Below, piece by piece: positions 1 through 9,318 of a stretch of DNA of 64,000 nucleotides. How positions within the stretch are numbered: the stretch's first letter is position 1; every line of letters starts with the position of its first letter. This DNA is from Patescibacteria group bacterium. GTDB lineage: Bacteria; Patescibacteriota; Minisyncoccia; Phycocordibacterales; CAIRYW01. The notes beneath the pieces were generated by a model. The model saw only the letters and a program-made list of their open reading frames with translations. It did not search any database and had not been told where the DNA came from. The position numbers were made by a program, and so were the translations under genes. The stretch is from NCBI GenBank assembly GCA_040389185.1, contig JAZKAJ010000006.1, forward strand, positions 2,914 to 66,913, read 5' to 3'.

Positions 1-1739
1 AAATCGCCCTTATCCTTATCGGGAATACCATCTGCAGATATCACAGATCTTGCAATATTATCCATTTGCTCCAAAGATTCAAAGCGCCCTGTTGGACCTG
101 CATTTATTGCAGCCTCGATGAGCTCCAGGTTCTTGGTATAACCTCCTGGTTGAGAACTAAGAGATTTACTAAGTGTTATGTTCTGTTTGTATGCACTGTA
201 GTTTATCAAGAACATGACAATCAAAAATATTCCAATAAGCATTGCTAGAGTTGCTCCACTTAATTCTTCTTTTTTGGACTTTGTTTCCTCCACAAGATTT
301 CTTTCTCCAAAACTTGCAAGTGCAAGAATGAGAACAAAAAGCATGTAGCTCGTTAAGTTATCAAAGATAAATAAACTTTGGAATGCAAATGCACCAAAGA
401 GTCCGAGGAGTACCGCTTTTTCTGGGACATTGAAGTTTTTGCTTCGTACAATTGATACGAACGAAAATACATAAAGCAAAAGCCATCCCAATAGCCCAAG
501 CAATCCTCCGGCTACCAACCAATCTAAGAATGCATTATGAGCTCGATCAAACCAAGGTTCCTGACTTATCATTTCTGGAACATAATATTTGGTGAATGCA
601 AAAATAAAGTTGTCCTGTCCCCAACCAAGTACAGGATGTTCTTCCCATGCTTTGATAGCCATAGGCCAAATCATGGCACGAGCCTGCGTTGTATCATGAA
701 ATGATATGGAAGCAAATCGATTGAGCACTGGATCAGTTTGCACAAAATTTGTATTTTTTACTACAAAGAATCCAGCAACAATGATAAAAAGGGTGGCGAG
801 GATGGCTATAGCGGCTTTTTTTATAAATTTATTTTCCTTTTCAAATATGATGACAATAATAGAGGCCCCGATTGCTCCACCGATAAATCCAAGCAACCCT
901 CCTCTTGTCGAGGTGTAATAGAGTGCCACAAGTTCTGCAAGAATAAGAAAAACATACAAACCGAATGCATGTATTCGCTCATACTTTGCGAATACTTTAC
1001 TGAATCGAAGCCAGCACATTTTTACAATTGTAAGAAGCGCAATTGCGAAAATAATCCCTCCAGCCTTTGTATAATTAAAAGAATCATCAGCTGTAGCAAT
1101 TCTCATCAGATAATACAAAATATAGATTGATGAACCATAAATCACTGAATCTGCTATGCCCTTCAATTTATTTCCATTTGATATCCAAAGATAAAGAAGA
1201 AAGAATATATGAAAGACAAGATATGTGGCCAGATATGCAGAATTACCGAGTGTTCCATCAAGTCTTGTATTACTTTGGTTGATCACTGCCCCGCCAAAAA
1301 ATTGTAGGAATGCAAAAAAGGTCATAAAGATCGAGATAGCTGTCGTTGAATAGAGCATCCGATCCCAATCCCTCTTATCTCTCAAAACATTCGCAAGGAT
1401 TACAAAGTATGCGAACAAATGCGCGATCAAGACAAATCCTTCCATTCTCTCGAAGTTGCTGAAAAATGCCTTTGTCTGGTTGATCGCGAAGATATCAGCA
1501 ATAAATATAACAACTACGAAATAAATAAAAGCTTTCAAAATATTGCTCCATTTTGGACGATAGCTTTTGTCCACAAACGCGAGTCCTATGTAGAGAAAGA
1601 GGCAGAGTTCGACTGCAATCCTAAATAAAAAACTCTTGCCTGTAATAAACGGAAAATACATCCCGTCCGCAACAACCAACGAAACCGCCGGGAGCGCATA
1701 GATGAGAGCTTTGAGGATCTTTTTTACTATTGAATTCAT
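1..1739 (-). CDS. O-antigen ligase-like (Wzy_C-type) polytopic membrane protein; partial, continues past the window start
   Basis: Absent from the ORF track because it runs off the window edge. Manual reverse-strand translation from ATG at 1739 (MNSIVKKILKAL...) stays open to position 1 (>570 aa). About 10 hydrophobic helices and a YTSTRGGLLGF loop typical of O-antigen ligase/polymerase-like proteins, then a soluble tail. Confidence 0.55.
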   Translation of the reverse strand, partial: MNSIVKKILKALIYALPAVSLVVADGMYFPFITGKSFLFRIAVELCLFLYIGLAFVDKSYRPKWSNILKAFIYFVVVIFIADIFAINQTKAFFSNFERMEGFVLIAHLFAYFVILANVLRDKRDWDRMLYSTTAISIFMTFFAFLQFFGGAVINQSNTRLDGTLGNSAYLATYLVFHIFFLLYLWISNGNKLKGIADSVIYGSSIYILYYLMRIATADDSFNYTKAGGIIFAIALLTIVKMCWLRFSKVFAKYERIHAFGLYVFLILAELVALYYTSTRGGLLGFIGGAIGASIIVIIFEKENKFIKKAAIAILATLFIIVAGFFVVKNTNFVQTDPVLNRFASISFHDTTQARAMIWPMAIKAWEEHPVLGWGQDNFIFAFTKYYVPEMISQEPWFDRAHNAFLDWLVAGGLLGLLGWLLLYVFSFVSIVRSKNFNVPEKAVLLGLFGAFAFQSLFIFDNLTSYMLFVLILALASFGERNLVEETKSKKEELSGATLAMLIGIFLIVMFLINYSAYKQNITLSKSLSSQPGGYTKNLELIEAAINAGPTGRFESLEQMDNIARSVISADGIPDKDKGD

Positions 1740-1747
1740 ACTTTATA

Positions 1748-2422
1748 TTATTGTTTAATTTTTAAAATGAAAAACCTGTGATATTTATTGAGTACTGGAC
1801 TGAATTCTTCAATTATCTCAAAATGCTTGCGGAGAATGGAGCGAATGGTCTTTGCTGCATACGGGGCCCTGCCAATCTCCCAATAATGTTGTCCCGAAGT
1901 ATCAAATCCTCCAAATTTAAGAGGAATACCTACGGAGATATCAAAGAAATTTCTCTTGAATATTTTTCGTATGAAAGGAAATTTGAGAACCATTTCAAAA
2001 TATGTTGATCGATATGGTAAAGAAATGACAACAAACTTTTGAGCCACCCTTTTTAATTCTTTGAGTGCTTTCTCAAAATCCTCAAATGGGATATGTTCAA
2101 GCACTTGGCATGCCATACTCACATCAAATGATCGATCATCAATCGGCAATGCTCGCACGTCAGCCACAATATCTGGCAAAACACTTTTATCAAAATCACA
2201 AGTCGTAACTTGCAATCCATATTCTTTAAGAGAATTGGCACATACCTTGCTACCGACCCCGATCTCTAATATGCTTTTCACATTCAGTCGCTCTACCGCT
2301 CGAATCTGATAATAGTAAGAAATGAATCGTTCCAAAGTATTATATGATCCTTTTGAATAGTGTCGCTCTTCCACTTGTACATTATGTGCTTCTTGCATAT
2401 CGCATATTATTACACTAAACAA
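1748..2422 (-). CDS. class I SAM-dependent methyltransferase
   Basis: 224 aa. Gly-rich SAM motif ILEIGVGSKVCANSL, acidic CDFD, and a Methyltransf_11-like post-motif QVLEHIPFEDFEKALKELKRV. Paralogous to 4563..5177. Confidence 0.8.
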   Translation of the reverse strand: MFSVIICDMQEAHNVQVEERHYSKGSYNTLERFISYYYQIRAVERLNVKSILEIGVGSKVCANSLKEYGLQVTTCDFDKSVLPDIVADVRALPIDDRSFDVSMACQVLEHIPFEDFEKALKELKRVAQKFVVISLPYRSTYFEMVLKFPFIRKIFKRNFFDISVGIPLKFGGFDTSGQHYWEIGRAPYAAKTIRSILRKHFEIIEEFSPVLNKYHRFFILKIKQ

Positions 2423-2451
2423 AATTTATCTCAAACAAGCAATATATATAG

Positions 2452-2457
2452 TATAAT
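2452..2457 (+). promoter_or_regulatory. candidate -10 box (TATAAT) 8 nt upstream of the ATG at 2466; possible leaderless transcript
   Basis: tatatatagTATAATcaagtgtaATG in the 43-nt divergent intergenic region. No clear -35 or Shine-Dalgarno. Confidence 0.25.
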
Positions 2458-2465
2458 CAAGTGTA

Positions 2466-3647
2466 ATGAAAAAATTTAACTTAAAATCTGACTGGTTTGT
2501 TTTTGTACTACTTGCCCTCTTCTCATTTATACTTGGAATATTACTAATAAGAATATTGCCACCATTCCCTGTAATTTCTGACTTTTTAGACTACGACAAC
2601 ATAGCAAAAGCCCTGGTTGAAAAAGGAGGCTATATAACGATATCAACTGACAATTTAATTTATCCTCCACTTTATCCTATTTTCCTTTCAATAATCTACA
2701 GAATGTTTGGATATTCTTACAGTGCCGTGTATCTCGTTCAATTTATCTTTCTAGGCGTGATTGCATTTATATTTTATAAAACAGGAAAAAAATATATCGG
2801 ACTTAGTAAAACATTTTCTATTCTTGTATCACTTACTATTATCATATGGCCGTATATGATGCTTTATTCTCTCGTGGTGAGCAGTGAGATACTTTTTATT
2901 CTATTTCTCAGTATTTTCCTCTATCTGTTTTTAAAATTTGTAGATCTGCCAACTCGCCAACTAAGTGTTGGAATGGGAATCGCGATCGGACTTGCGGTAC
3001 TGACTCGGCCTGTCGCTCTCCTTTTGCCACTCTGGCTTATTATTGGAGTCACTTTACTTCATTTTATTTCCTACTGGAAATTAACTTTGCAACATTTTAA
3101 ATTATCGCTCCTTTCCCTCTTGGTTTTTATCATCACTCTTTTGCCTTGGATCGGATTTGTCTATCTAAAATTTGATCGCCTCATTCCAGTCGCTTCAAAT
3201 CTTTCTGCGGTAACAGACAAAGCAAACAATTCTTTTGAATACCTCAAAGGTACCATTGGCGAATCTTTGATGCATTCAGGTGGGACCATGAAAGAAACTC
3301 TTGAGATAAAAGCCTTAAATGTGATCCTCTTTTGGAATCCAGGAGCGAGCGGATACAATGTCGCATCTCTTGTTGAGAAACACCCAAAAGCAGAAATTTT
3401 TGTTACATTCTACAAAATTGGATTTATTATCATTGTTCTGTTGGGACTTGGAAGCATGTACTATATGAGAACCAAAAGAAGTATTGCTCTCCTATTGTCT
3501 GTCCTATTGTATTTCTGGTCTGTGCATACAGTACTCTTCCCATTCCCTCGATACACACTCCCTATCATCCCTATCCTTATTTTACTTGCGTTTTATATGC
3601 TAAATACTATAATTGAATTCTCTCGAATATGTCTCAAAAAATATTAA
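2466..3647 (+). CDS. polytopic membrane glycosyltransferase, GT39/GT83 (PMT_2/ArnT-like) family
   Basis: 393 aa and about 11 TM helices. N-terminal loop DFLDYDNIAKALVEKGGY...YPPLYPIFLSIIY resembles the ArnT/PMT loop-1 region. Overlaps the following GT2 gene, as ArnC/ArnT-type pairs do. Confidence 0.6.
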   Translation: MKKFNLKSDWFVFVLLALFSFILGILLIRILPPFPVISDFLDYDNIAKALVEKGGYITISTDNLIYPPLYPIFLSIIYRMFGYSYSAVYLVQFIFLGVIAFIFYKTGKKYIGLSKTFSILVSLTIIIWPYMMLYSLVVSSEILFILFLSIFLYLFLKFVDLPTRQLSVGMGIAIGLAVLTRPVALLLPLWLIIGVTLLHFISYWKLTLQHFKLSLLSLLVFIITLLPWIGFVYLKFDRLIPVASNLSAVTDKANNSFEYLKGTIGESLMHSGGTMKETLEIKALNVILFWNPGASGYNVASLVEKHPKAEIFVTFYKIGFIIIVLLGLGSMYYMRTKRSIALLLSVLLYFWSVHTVLFPFPRYTLPIIPILILLAFYMLNTIIEFSRICLKKY

Positions 3648-4582
3648 TTTCAATTCCTGCAAAGAACGAAGAAGCGATGCTGGGCTCTGTTATTGATTCA
3701 AGCAAAGAGGCACTTATTCAACTGACAGGGGAAATTCCGGATATTCTTGTAGTAAGTGATGGCTCGACCGATGGCACAGAAAAGGTAGCACTCTCGCACG
3801 GCGCAAAATTGATACCTTATAAGGTGAGTCAGGGACTTGGCTATGTGTTTCAAGATGCTGTTGAATATGCAATCTCGCATAACTACGATATCCTTCTTAC
3901 GATCGACGGAGACGGCCAATTCGATACAAAAGACATTCCAGCACTTCTTGCCCCTATACTCGAGAAAAGAGCTGATTTCGTCACAGGCTCTAGATTTTTG
4001 GGCGGATCAAAAGTCGAGGGTATCCCTTATGCAAAAAAAATCGGCAATACAATGATGTCATCGATTATAAGCTCGATTGTTGGAAAGAAGTTTATGGATG
4101 TTTCTTGCGGTTTTAGAGCTTACAGCAGAGAAGCTCTCCTTAGTCTTAATGTCTTTGGCAAATTTACATATACCCAAGAAGTGTTCATCAATCTTGGTGT
4201 AAAAAGAATCTCGATTGAAGAAGTGCCGATAAACGTACAGTATTTCAAAGAAAGAAAATCAAGAATAGCCGCAAACCTATTCCGATACGCGATCCAAACC
4301 TCGAAGATAATCTTAAAATCGGTTATCCATTATCAGCCAATGAGAATATTTGGAAGACTTTCGTTCGTTACCGCACTCATTGGTCTTCCTCTCATTACAG
4401 CAATAAGCATTCGCTATGCAATGACTGATCTCATTACCCCATTTAAGGGCATTGCCATCACAAGTATCATTCTTCTTGTGGTAAGCTTCGGATCGCTTGT
4501 TGCAGGAATAACGCTCGAGGTCTTGAGCAGGATTCAATTAAGCACAGAAAAAACAATATATTATGCAAGAAAAAAATCGTAA
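3629..4582 (+). CDS. GT2 polyprenyl-phosphate glycosyltransferase (dolichyl-phosphate mannose synthase/ArnC-like)
   Basis: 317 aa. GT2 catalytic domain (ILVVSDGSTDGTE, TIDGDGQFD, DxD-like), then two C-terminal TM helices typical of DPM1/ArnC-like enzymes. Confidence 0.8.
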   Translation: MSQKILISIPAKNEEAMLGSVIDSSKEALIQLTGEIPDILVVSDGSTDGTEKVALSHGAKLIPYKVSQGLGYVFQDAVEYAISHNYDILLTIDGDGQFDTKDIPALLAPILEKRADFVTGSRFLGGSKVEGIPYAKKIGNTMMSSIISSIVGKKFMDVSCGFRAYSREALLSLNVFGKFTYTQEVFINLGVKRISIEEVPINVQYFKERKSRIAANLFRYAIQTSKIILKSVIHYQPMRIFGRLSFVTALIGLPLITAISIRYAMTDLITPFKGIAITSIILLVVSFGSLVAGITLEVLSRIQLSTEKTIYYARKKS

Positions 4583-5177
4583 CATCACACAGTTTACTGA
4601 CAAGTATGAATTTACAAATCCTATCACTCGAGCTATTCTCGATAACTTTTTTAAGGCAGTTCTTTCACTTTGCCCTAAAAAAACGAACAAAGTGCTTGAG
4701 GTTGGCTGTGGTGCTGGATATTCTACAAAGATCCTTTATGAGCATATAAAGCCAGAAACATTTCATGCATCTGATATCGATCCAGAGCTTGTAAAACTTG
4801 CAAAGGAAAGAACTCCGCAGATCACTGCAGAAAAAGAATCAATCTATGAGCTCCCTCACAAAGACAACTCATTTGATCTTGTATTCACTCTAGAAGTGCT
4901 TGAGCATTTAGAAGATCCAGAGAAAGCCCTCAAAGAATTAAAGAGAGTGACAAATAAATACATCATCGTGAGTGTTCCACACGAACCAATCTGGAGAATA
5001 CTTAATATGCTCCGCGGCAAGTACCTCAAGCATTTTGGCAATACAGAGGGTCATATCAATCACTGGTCTAAAAGAAGCTTCACAAAATTGGTTGGAAAAC
5101 ATTTTAAAGTGATCAAAGTCAAAACTCCACTTCCATGGATCGTTATCCTTGCAGAAAAAAATGAAGAGACTTTTTAA
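4563..5177 (+). CDS. class I SAM-dependent methyltransferase
   Basis: 204 aa. VLEVGCGAGYSTKIL (motif I), DIDPE, and LEVLEHLEDPEKALKELKRV, nearly the same post-motif as 1748..2422. Confidence 0.85.
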   Translation: MQEKNRNITQFTDKYEFTNPITRAILDNFFKAVLSLCPKKTNKVLEVGCGAGYSTKILYEHIKPETFHASDIDPELVKLAKERTPQITAEKESIYELPHKDNSFDLVFTLEVLEHLEDPEKALKELKRVTNKYIIVSVPHEPIWRILNMLRGKYLKHFGNTEGHINHWSKRSFTKLVGKHFKVIKVKTPLPWIVILAEKNEETF

Positions 5178-5544
5178 CATTGGAGATTTATTGCGGTACG
5201 GCACAGTTGCAGGAATAAGTTACATCATATTATATGGTGGCACTTACCTTTTGGTAAATTATACCAAGCTTACTCCGAGCCTTTCGTATATGATCGTCTT
5301 GAGTATTCTTTATATTGGTGTTTATATCTCATATACAAAATTCGTATTCAAAACCAAATTCACAAAAAAGAATATTTCTCGTTTCGTAGTTGTACTTATA
5401 GTGATCTGGATCGTTAACAATAGCGCATTCTTTATATTGAATGATATTTTGAAAGTTCATTATTTGATCACAATTACGATCAATATCATATTGTTTGGGG
5501 GCCTAAAATTCCTCACACACAAACATTATGTATTTAAAGAATAA
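5149..5544 (+). CDS. GtrA-family small membrane protein
   Basis: 131 aa, 4 TM helices, N-terminal RYGTVAGISYIILYGGTYLL as in the GtrA family. Sits next to the GT2 polyprenyl-P glycosyltransferase, as in gtrA-gtrB arrangements. Confidence 0.65.
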   Translation: MQKKMKRLFNIGDLLRYGTVAGISYIILYGGTYLLVNYTKLTPSLSYMIVLSILYIGVYISYTKFVFKTKFTKKNISRFVVVLIVIWIVNNSAFFILNDILKVHYLITITINIILFGGLKFLTHKHYVFKE

Positions 5545-6400
5545 GCCCATGAAAAAAAAGGTGATGCTCACGTTTGATCTAGAGTTTTGGTACGAAGGCA
5601 AATGGCTAAAGCCTTATATCACTCCAGAGATGGAGGGAAGGGATGCACTGATTGAATCAATGCTCCCAATACTCGCCATTCTTAAAAAAAATGGACACAA
5701 AGCAACATTTTTTACCACCAATTCAGTTGTTCTAAAGTATTCAGACCTTATTAAAAGAATGAGCGATGAAGGGCATGAAATCGCGTCTCACAGTGTCAGG
5801 CACCTTCGCTTAGAAGAGGTGGGCAAAAATACCTTTGAAGCTGAATTTAAAAACCATCTTGATCTAATTGAAAGCATAACTGGCAAAAGACCAAAAGGGT
5901 TTCGAGCCCCCCATTTTTCTTTAAACAACAAAACGCTGTGGCTGCTTCCGATTCTCAAAGCTTGCAGGATCTCTTATGACTCGAGCATCTTTCCCATCAA
6001 GACTCCAGAATATGGAGTAAGTGGTGCTCCGCGAAATAGCTACCCTATTTCATTTAGTAATGTCGCAAAAGAAGACCCTTTGTCTTCTTTGATTGAAATT
6101 CCCCAAGCTACTTTACAAACAGGTTTTGGATTAGTACCAATTGCCGGGGGGATTTATTTCAGGCTTTTTCCCAGGATTGTATTTGAATATCTGTTCAAAA
6201 AAGCATTGAGACAAAACACTACCCCAATGCTCTATTTCCATCCCCATGAACTATGTAAGAACACACCCAAGATCCAGGGACCCGTCATCAAAACAATGCT
6301 AAAATATTGGGGTACAAATAAAAGCCTCAAAAAATTTGAGAAACTTTCAGAAAAGTTTGAATTCGATTCAATAGAAAATATACTGGAGATCAATAGGTAA
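5528..6400 (+). CDS. polysaccharide deacetylase (CE4-like); real start probably Met at 5549 (MKKKVMLTFD)
   Basis: LTFDLEFWYEG (motif 1-like), HEIASHSVRH (His-His metal motif) and GFRAPHFS. Confidence 0.8.
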   Translation: MYLKNKPMKKKVMLTFDLEFWYEGKWLKPYITPEMEGRDALIESMLPILAILKKNGHKATFFTTNSVVLKYSDLIKRMSDEGHEIASHSVRHLRLEEVGKNTFEAEFKNHLDLIESITGKRPKGFRAPHFSLNNKTLWLLPILKACRISYDSSIFPIKTPEYGVSGAPRNSYPISFSNVAKEDPLSSLIEIPQATLQTGFGLVPIAGGIYFRLFPRIVFEYLFKKALRQNTTPMLYFHPHELCKNTPKIQGPVIKTMLKYWGTNKSLKKFEKLSEKFEFDSIENILEINR

Positions 6401-6404
6401 GCAT

Positions 6405-7676
6405 ATGAAAAAAATAAATAGTTTATTAGATAAAATAGAGATATTTCTCAAAACCGACATACGGTATCTTTTAAGCGGTGGATTTTGGCTGACAGCAGGC
6501 CAAGTCACCGCTTCACTATCATCCTTCCTTTTATCTATCGCATTTGCAAACCTATTATCGAAGGAGACATTTGGTCAATATAAATATGTCATCTCACTTT
6601 TTGGGATCATTGGAGCTTTATCACTTTCAGGTCTTACTACATCGATCACACAATCTGTGGCCCGAGGATTTGAAGGAGTGTTGGTAAGATCATTTTGGAT
6701 GAGTATGCGATGGGGTTGGCTTCTTACCATCACCTCTTTTGGTATTGCTATTTATTACTACACCCTTGGGAATATTCCCTTAACAGTATCGATGATGCTT
6801 GTTGGGGTTTTTAGTCCACTTCTTTATAGCGCATTGTTTTATAAATCTTTCCTTAACGGAAAAAAAGAATTTAAAACTCTTACATTGTATGGAATCTACT
6901 ACAACATCATTCCAGTACTCTGTATGGTTGGCGTTGTATTCTTTACTGACAATGTCAACGCGGTTGTATTCGCCTACCTCTGCTCAAACACACTCATTTC
7001 TCTATATTTTTTGAATCACGTACTCAAGAAATACAAACCGAATAATAAAGTTGATCCCAAGAGCATGATATTTGGAGCGCATTTAAGTTTTGTAAACGTG
7101 CTTGATACTATAGCAACATATTTGGACAAGATACTTTTGTTTCATTTTCAAGGAAGTATTGATCTTGCAATCTACTCCTTTGCCGTTGCAATACCAGAGC
7201 AGATAAGAAGCCTCCTAAAGATTATTCCCTCTCTTGCAATACCAAAACTTGCAGAAAAAACGAACGATGAGATACAAAGAACCGTTTATCATAAAATTTG
7301 GAAGATCTCACTTATTACTCTTCCGATTGCGATTCTCTATTATTTTGCAGCCCCTTTTATTTATACTTATATTTTCCCTCAATATATAGAATCGATCGCA
7401 TATTCTCAAATATTCATTCTCATTATTCTTGTTGAGGGAGGGCTTCCGGGAGCGGTCTTTAAGGCACAGTTAGCTGTGCGAGAATCTTATATTATGAATA
7501 CTGTGGGCAATCTCATACGAATCGGCATGCTCGTTCCTTTTGTTATATTCTTCGGGATCTGGGGAATCGTATGGGCAAGAATCCTTTCCAGATATGCAAT
7601 ATTTTTCATTTCTCTTTTTCTCCTCAAAAAAATGAAAAAAACTCAAATATCTGATAAGATACAAAACACCCTATGA
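6405..7676 (+). CDS. Wzx-like oligosaccharide flippase (polysaccharide biosynthesis protein, MOP superfamily)
   Basis: 423 aa and about 12 TM helices. N-terminal LLSGGFWLTAGQVTASLSSFLLSIAFANLLSKETFGQY is typical of Polysacc_synt proteins. Confidence 0.7.
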   Translation: MKKINSLLDKIEIFLKTDIRYLLSGGFWLTAGQVTASLSSFLLSIAFANLLSKETFGQYKYVISLFGIIGALSLSGLTTSITQSVARGFEGVLVRSFWMSMRWGWLLTITSFGIAIYYYTLGNIPLTVSMMLVGVFSPLLYSALFYKSFLNGKKEFKTLTLYGIYYNIIPVLCMVGVVFFTDNVNAVVFAYLCSNTLISLYFLNHVLKKYKPNNKVDPKSMIFGAHLSFVNVLDTIATYLDKILLFHFQGSIDLAIYSFAVAIPEQIRSLLKIIPSLAIPKLAEKTNDEIQRTVYHKIWKISLITLPIAILYYFAAPFIYTYIFPQYIESIAYSQIFILIILVEGGLPGAVFKAQLAVRESYIMNTVGNLIRIGMLVPFVIFFGIWGIVWARILSRYAIFFISLFLLKKMKKTQISDKIQNTL

Positions 7677-8413
7677 AAGCAATAATTCTAGCCGGAGGTC
7701 AAGCAACTAGACTTCGTCCTATTACACACAACCTGCCAAAGTGCCTCCTAAAGATTGGTAAAAAGACCATTATCGATTTCCAGATCGAGACCCTACAAAA
7801 AAACAATATCAAAGATATTATTATTGTTACTGGATTCAAAGCAGAACTTTTGAAAGAACATATAATAACAAACTATAGTCAGACAGATATTACATTCACT
7901 TTTGTCTTTAATGAAAAGTATGAGACAACACATGCCGCGCACAGTCTCTGGAGCGCAAGGGATTATTTGACCGATACAACGATTTATTTAAATTCAGATC
8001 TAATCTGTGATCCAATGATTATCAAATCAGTCATTGAAAATAAGAACGATTCCGTCACTGCAATACAACAAAATGATTGGGATGAAGAAGAAGTGAATGT
8101 GATCACTGACGAAAACATGAACGTAGTTGAAATTGGAAAACTGATCCCTGAAAAACTTAGTAAAGGAGAATTTATAGGCGCAACAAAACTCAGCTCTTCT
8201 TTTTTGAATAAATTAATTGAGGTTCTAAATGATATGGTTCAAAAAAATGACACAAAGAAATTTGCAGTGGATGCAATAAACAATGTAATACATTCGAAAG
8301 GAGAAAACCTATACGCATTGGATGTATCACATTATGTTGCGATTGAAATTGACACAATTGAAGATTTTGAAAAAGGCAAAAAACTTTGGGAGCAGTACGA
8401 AATCAAGGGTTAA
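7673..8413 (+). CDS. LicC-like sugar/phospho-headgroup nucleotidyltransferase (NTP_transferase family)
   Basis: MKAIILAGGQATRLRPITHNLPKCLL...IDFQIETL closely matches the LicC (CTP:phosphocholine cytidylyltransferase) N-terminal signature. 246 aa. Confidence 0.7.
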   Translation: MKAIILAGGQATRLRPITHNLPKCLLKIGKKTIIDFQIETLQKNNIKDIIIVTGFKAELLKEHIITNYSQTDITFTFVFNEKYETTHAAHSLWSARDYLTDTTIYLNSDLICDPMIIKSVIENKNDSVTAIQQNDWDEEEVNVITDENMNVVEIGKLIPEKLSKGEFIGATKLSSSFLNKLIEVLNDMVQKNDTKKFAVDAINNVIHSKGENLYALDVSHYVAIEIDTIEDFEKGKKLWEQYEIKG

Positions 8414-8422
8414 TTATTATCC

Positions 8423-9286
8423 TTACTGTGGAGTAAGCACAAGATTAAGCCCTGCTTTCATATCAAAATTAAAATCTACCAATCGATAACTTGGAATATT
8501 GAAAAAAAACAAGAAACTCCGATAAGGAATAATAGCTTGTATTTTGTAGTTTGGAGGAAGAATTTCAAAAATACTTTTCTCATTCTCAAATGTTTTTTTT
8601 GTATCGCTTGAAAACTCCATCATGATAGTTGGACGATTTTTCATTAATGTTTCCCGAAGCCCCAAAAGAACTTCTTTTTCAAATCCCTCAACATCTATCT
8701 TTATGAGATCTATTTTATCGATCTTTTGTTCTTTAAGATAAGTATCTCCTTCCACCACCTGCAATTCCAAAGAGTCTGATGAATTTCGATTGTGAGTAAC
8801 AAAAGATCCTGTGCCCTCATTATCTGTTTCTGGCGGATAATAGGTTAAAGTTTGATCCGTACTCCCTAGTGCCAAGGGATGAACAATGATATTTGAAATA
8901 TGATTGTAAGAAATCTTGTCTACAAGTGAAGATCTTACTTTTTCGTATGGTTCAAAAGAGTGAACGGTCTTGCAATACCTCGAAAGAAAAAGTGAATGAT
9001 GGCCAATGTTAGCTCCAATATCAAGACAAATTGGATCCTTGTACTTCAGTGCTACATCTCTCAAAAGATAGAGTTCACTTTTTTCAAATCCACCATAGAA
9101 ATAGACCTGTGAATCAATATGATTGTGAAGTAATCCTTTATAGTGAAATCCAAAAAAACCTACCTCAAATGGACAAGAGGGATTGGTATTAATCAAAAAA
9201 TTTGCTACCCTATACCTAATCCCGAATCTTACCCAATCTTGCCTGCAGAATAAGCGTCCAAATGACAGAAAGAATTTCATATACAA
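8423..9286 (-). CDS. FkbM-family methyltransferase
   Basis: CLDIGANIGHHSLFLS (SAM motif) and IKIDVEGFEKEVL, both typical of Methyltransf_21/FkbM. Confidence 0.8.
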   Translation of the reverse strand: MYMKFFLSFGRLFCRQDWVRFGIRYRVANFLINTNPSCPFEVGFFGFHYKGLLHNHIDSQVYFYGGFEKSELYLLRDVALKYKDPICLDIGANIGHHSLFLSRYCKTVHSFEPYEKVRSSLVDKISYNHISNIIVHPLALGSTDQTLTYYPPETDNEGTGSFVTHNRNSSDSLELQVVEGDTYLKEQKIDKIDLIKIDVEGFEKEVLLGLRETLMKNRPTIMMEFSSDTKKTFENEKSIFEILPPNYKIQAIIPYRSFLFFFNIPSYRLVDFNFDMKAGLNLVLTPQ

Positions 9287-9318
9287 TTACGATAACATTT
9301 AATTAACATTTTTACAAA

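Noticed and set aside
706-1628. Plus-strand ORFs 706..918, 738..1130 and 1419..1628 at the window start
   Set aside because: They lie antisense inside the long minus-strand O-antigen-ligase-like frame (1..1739), which the track missed only because it is truncated by the window edge.
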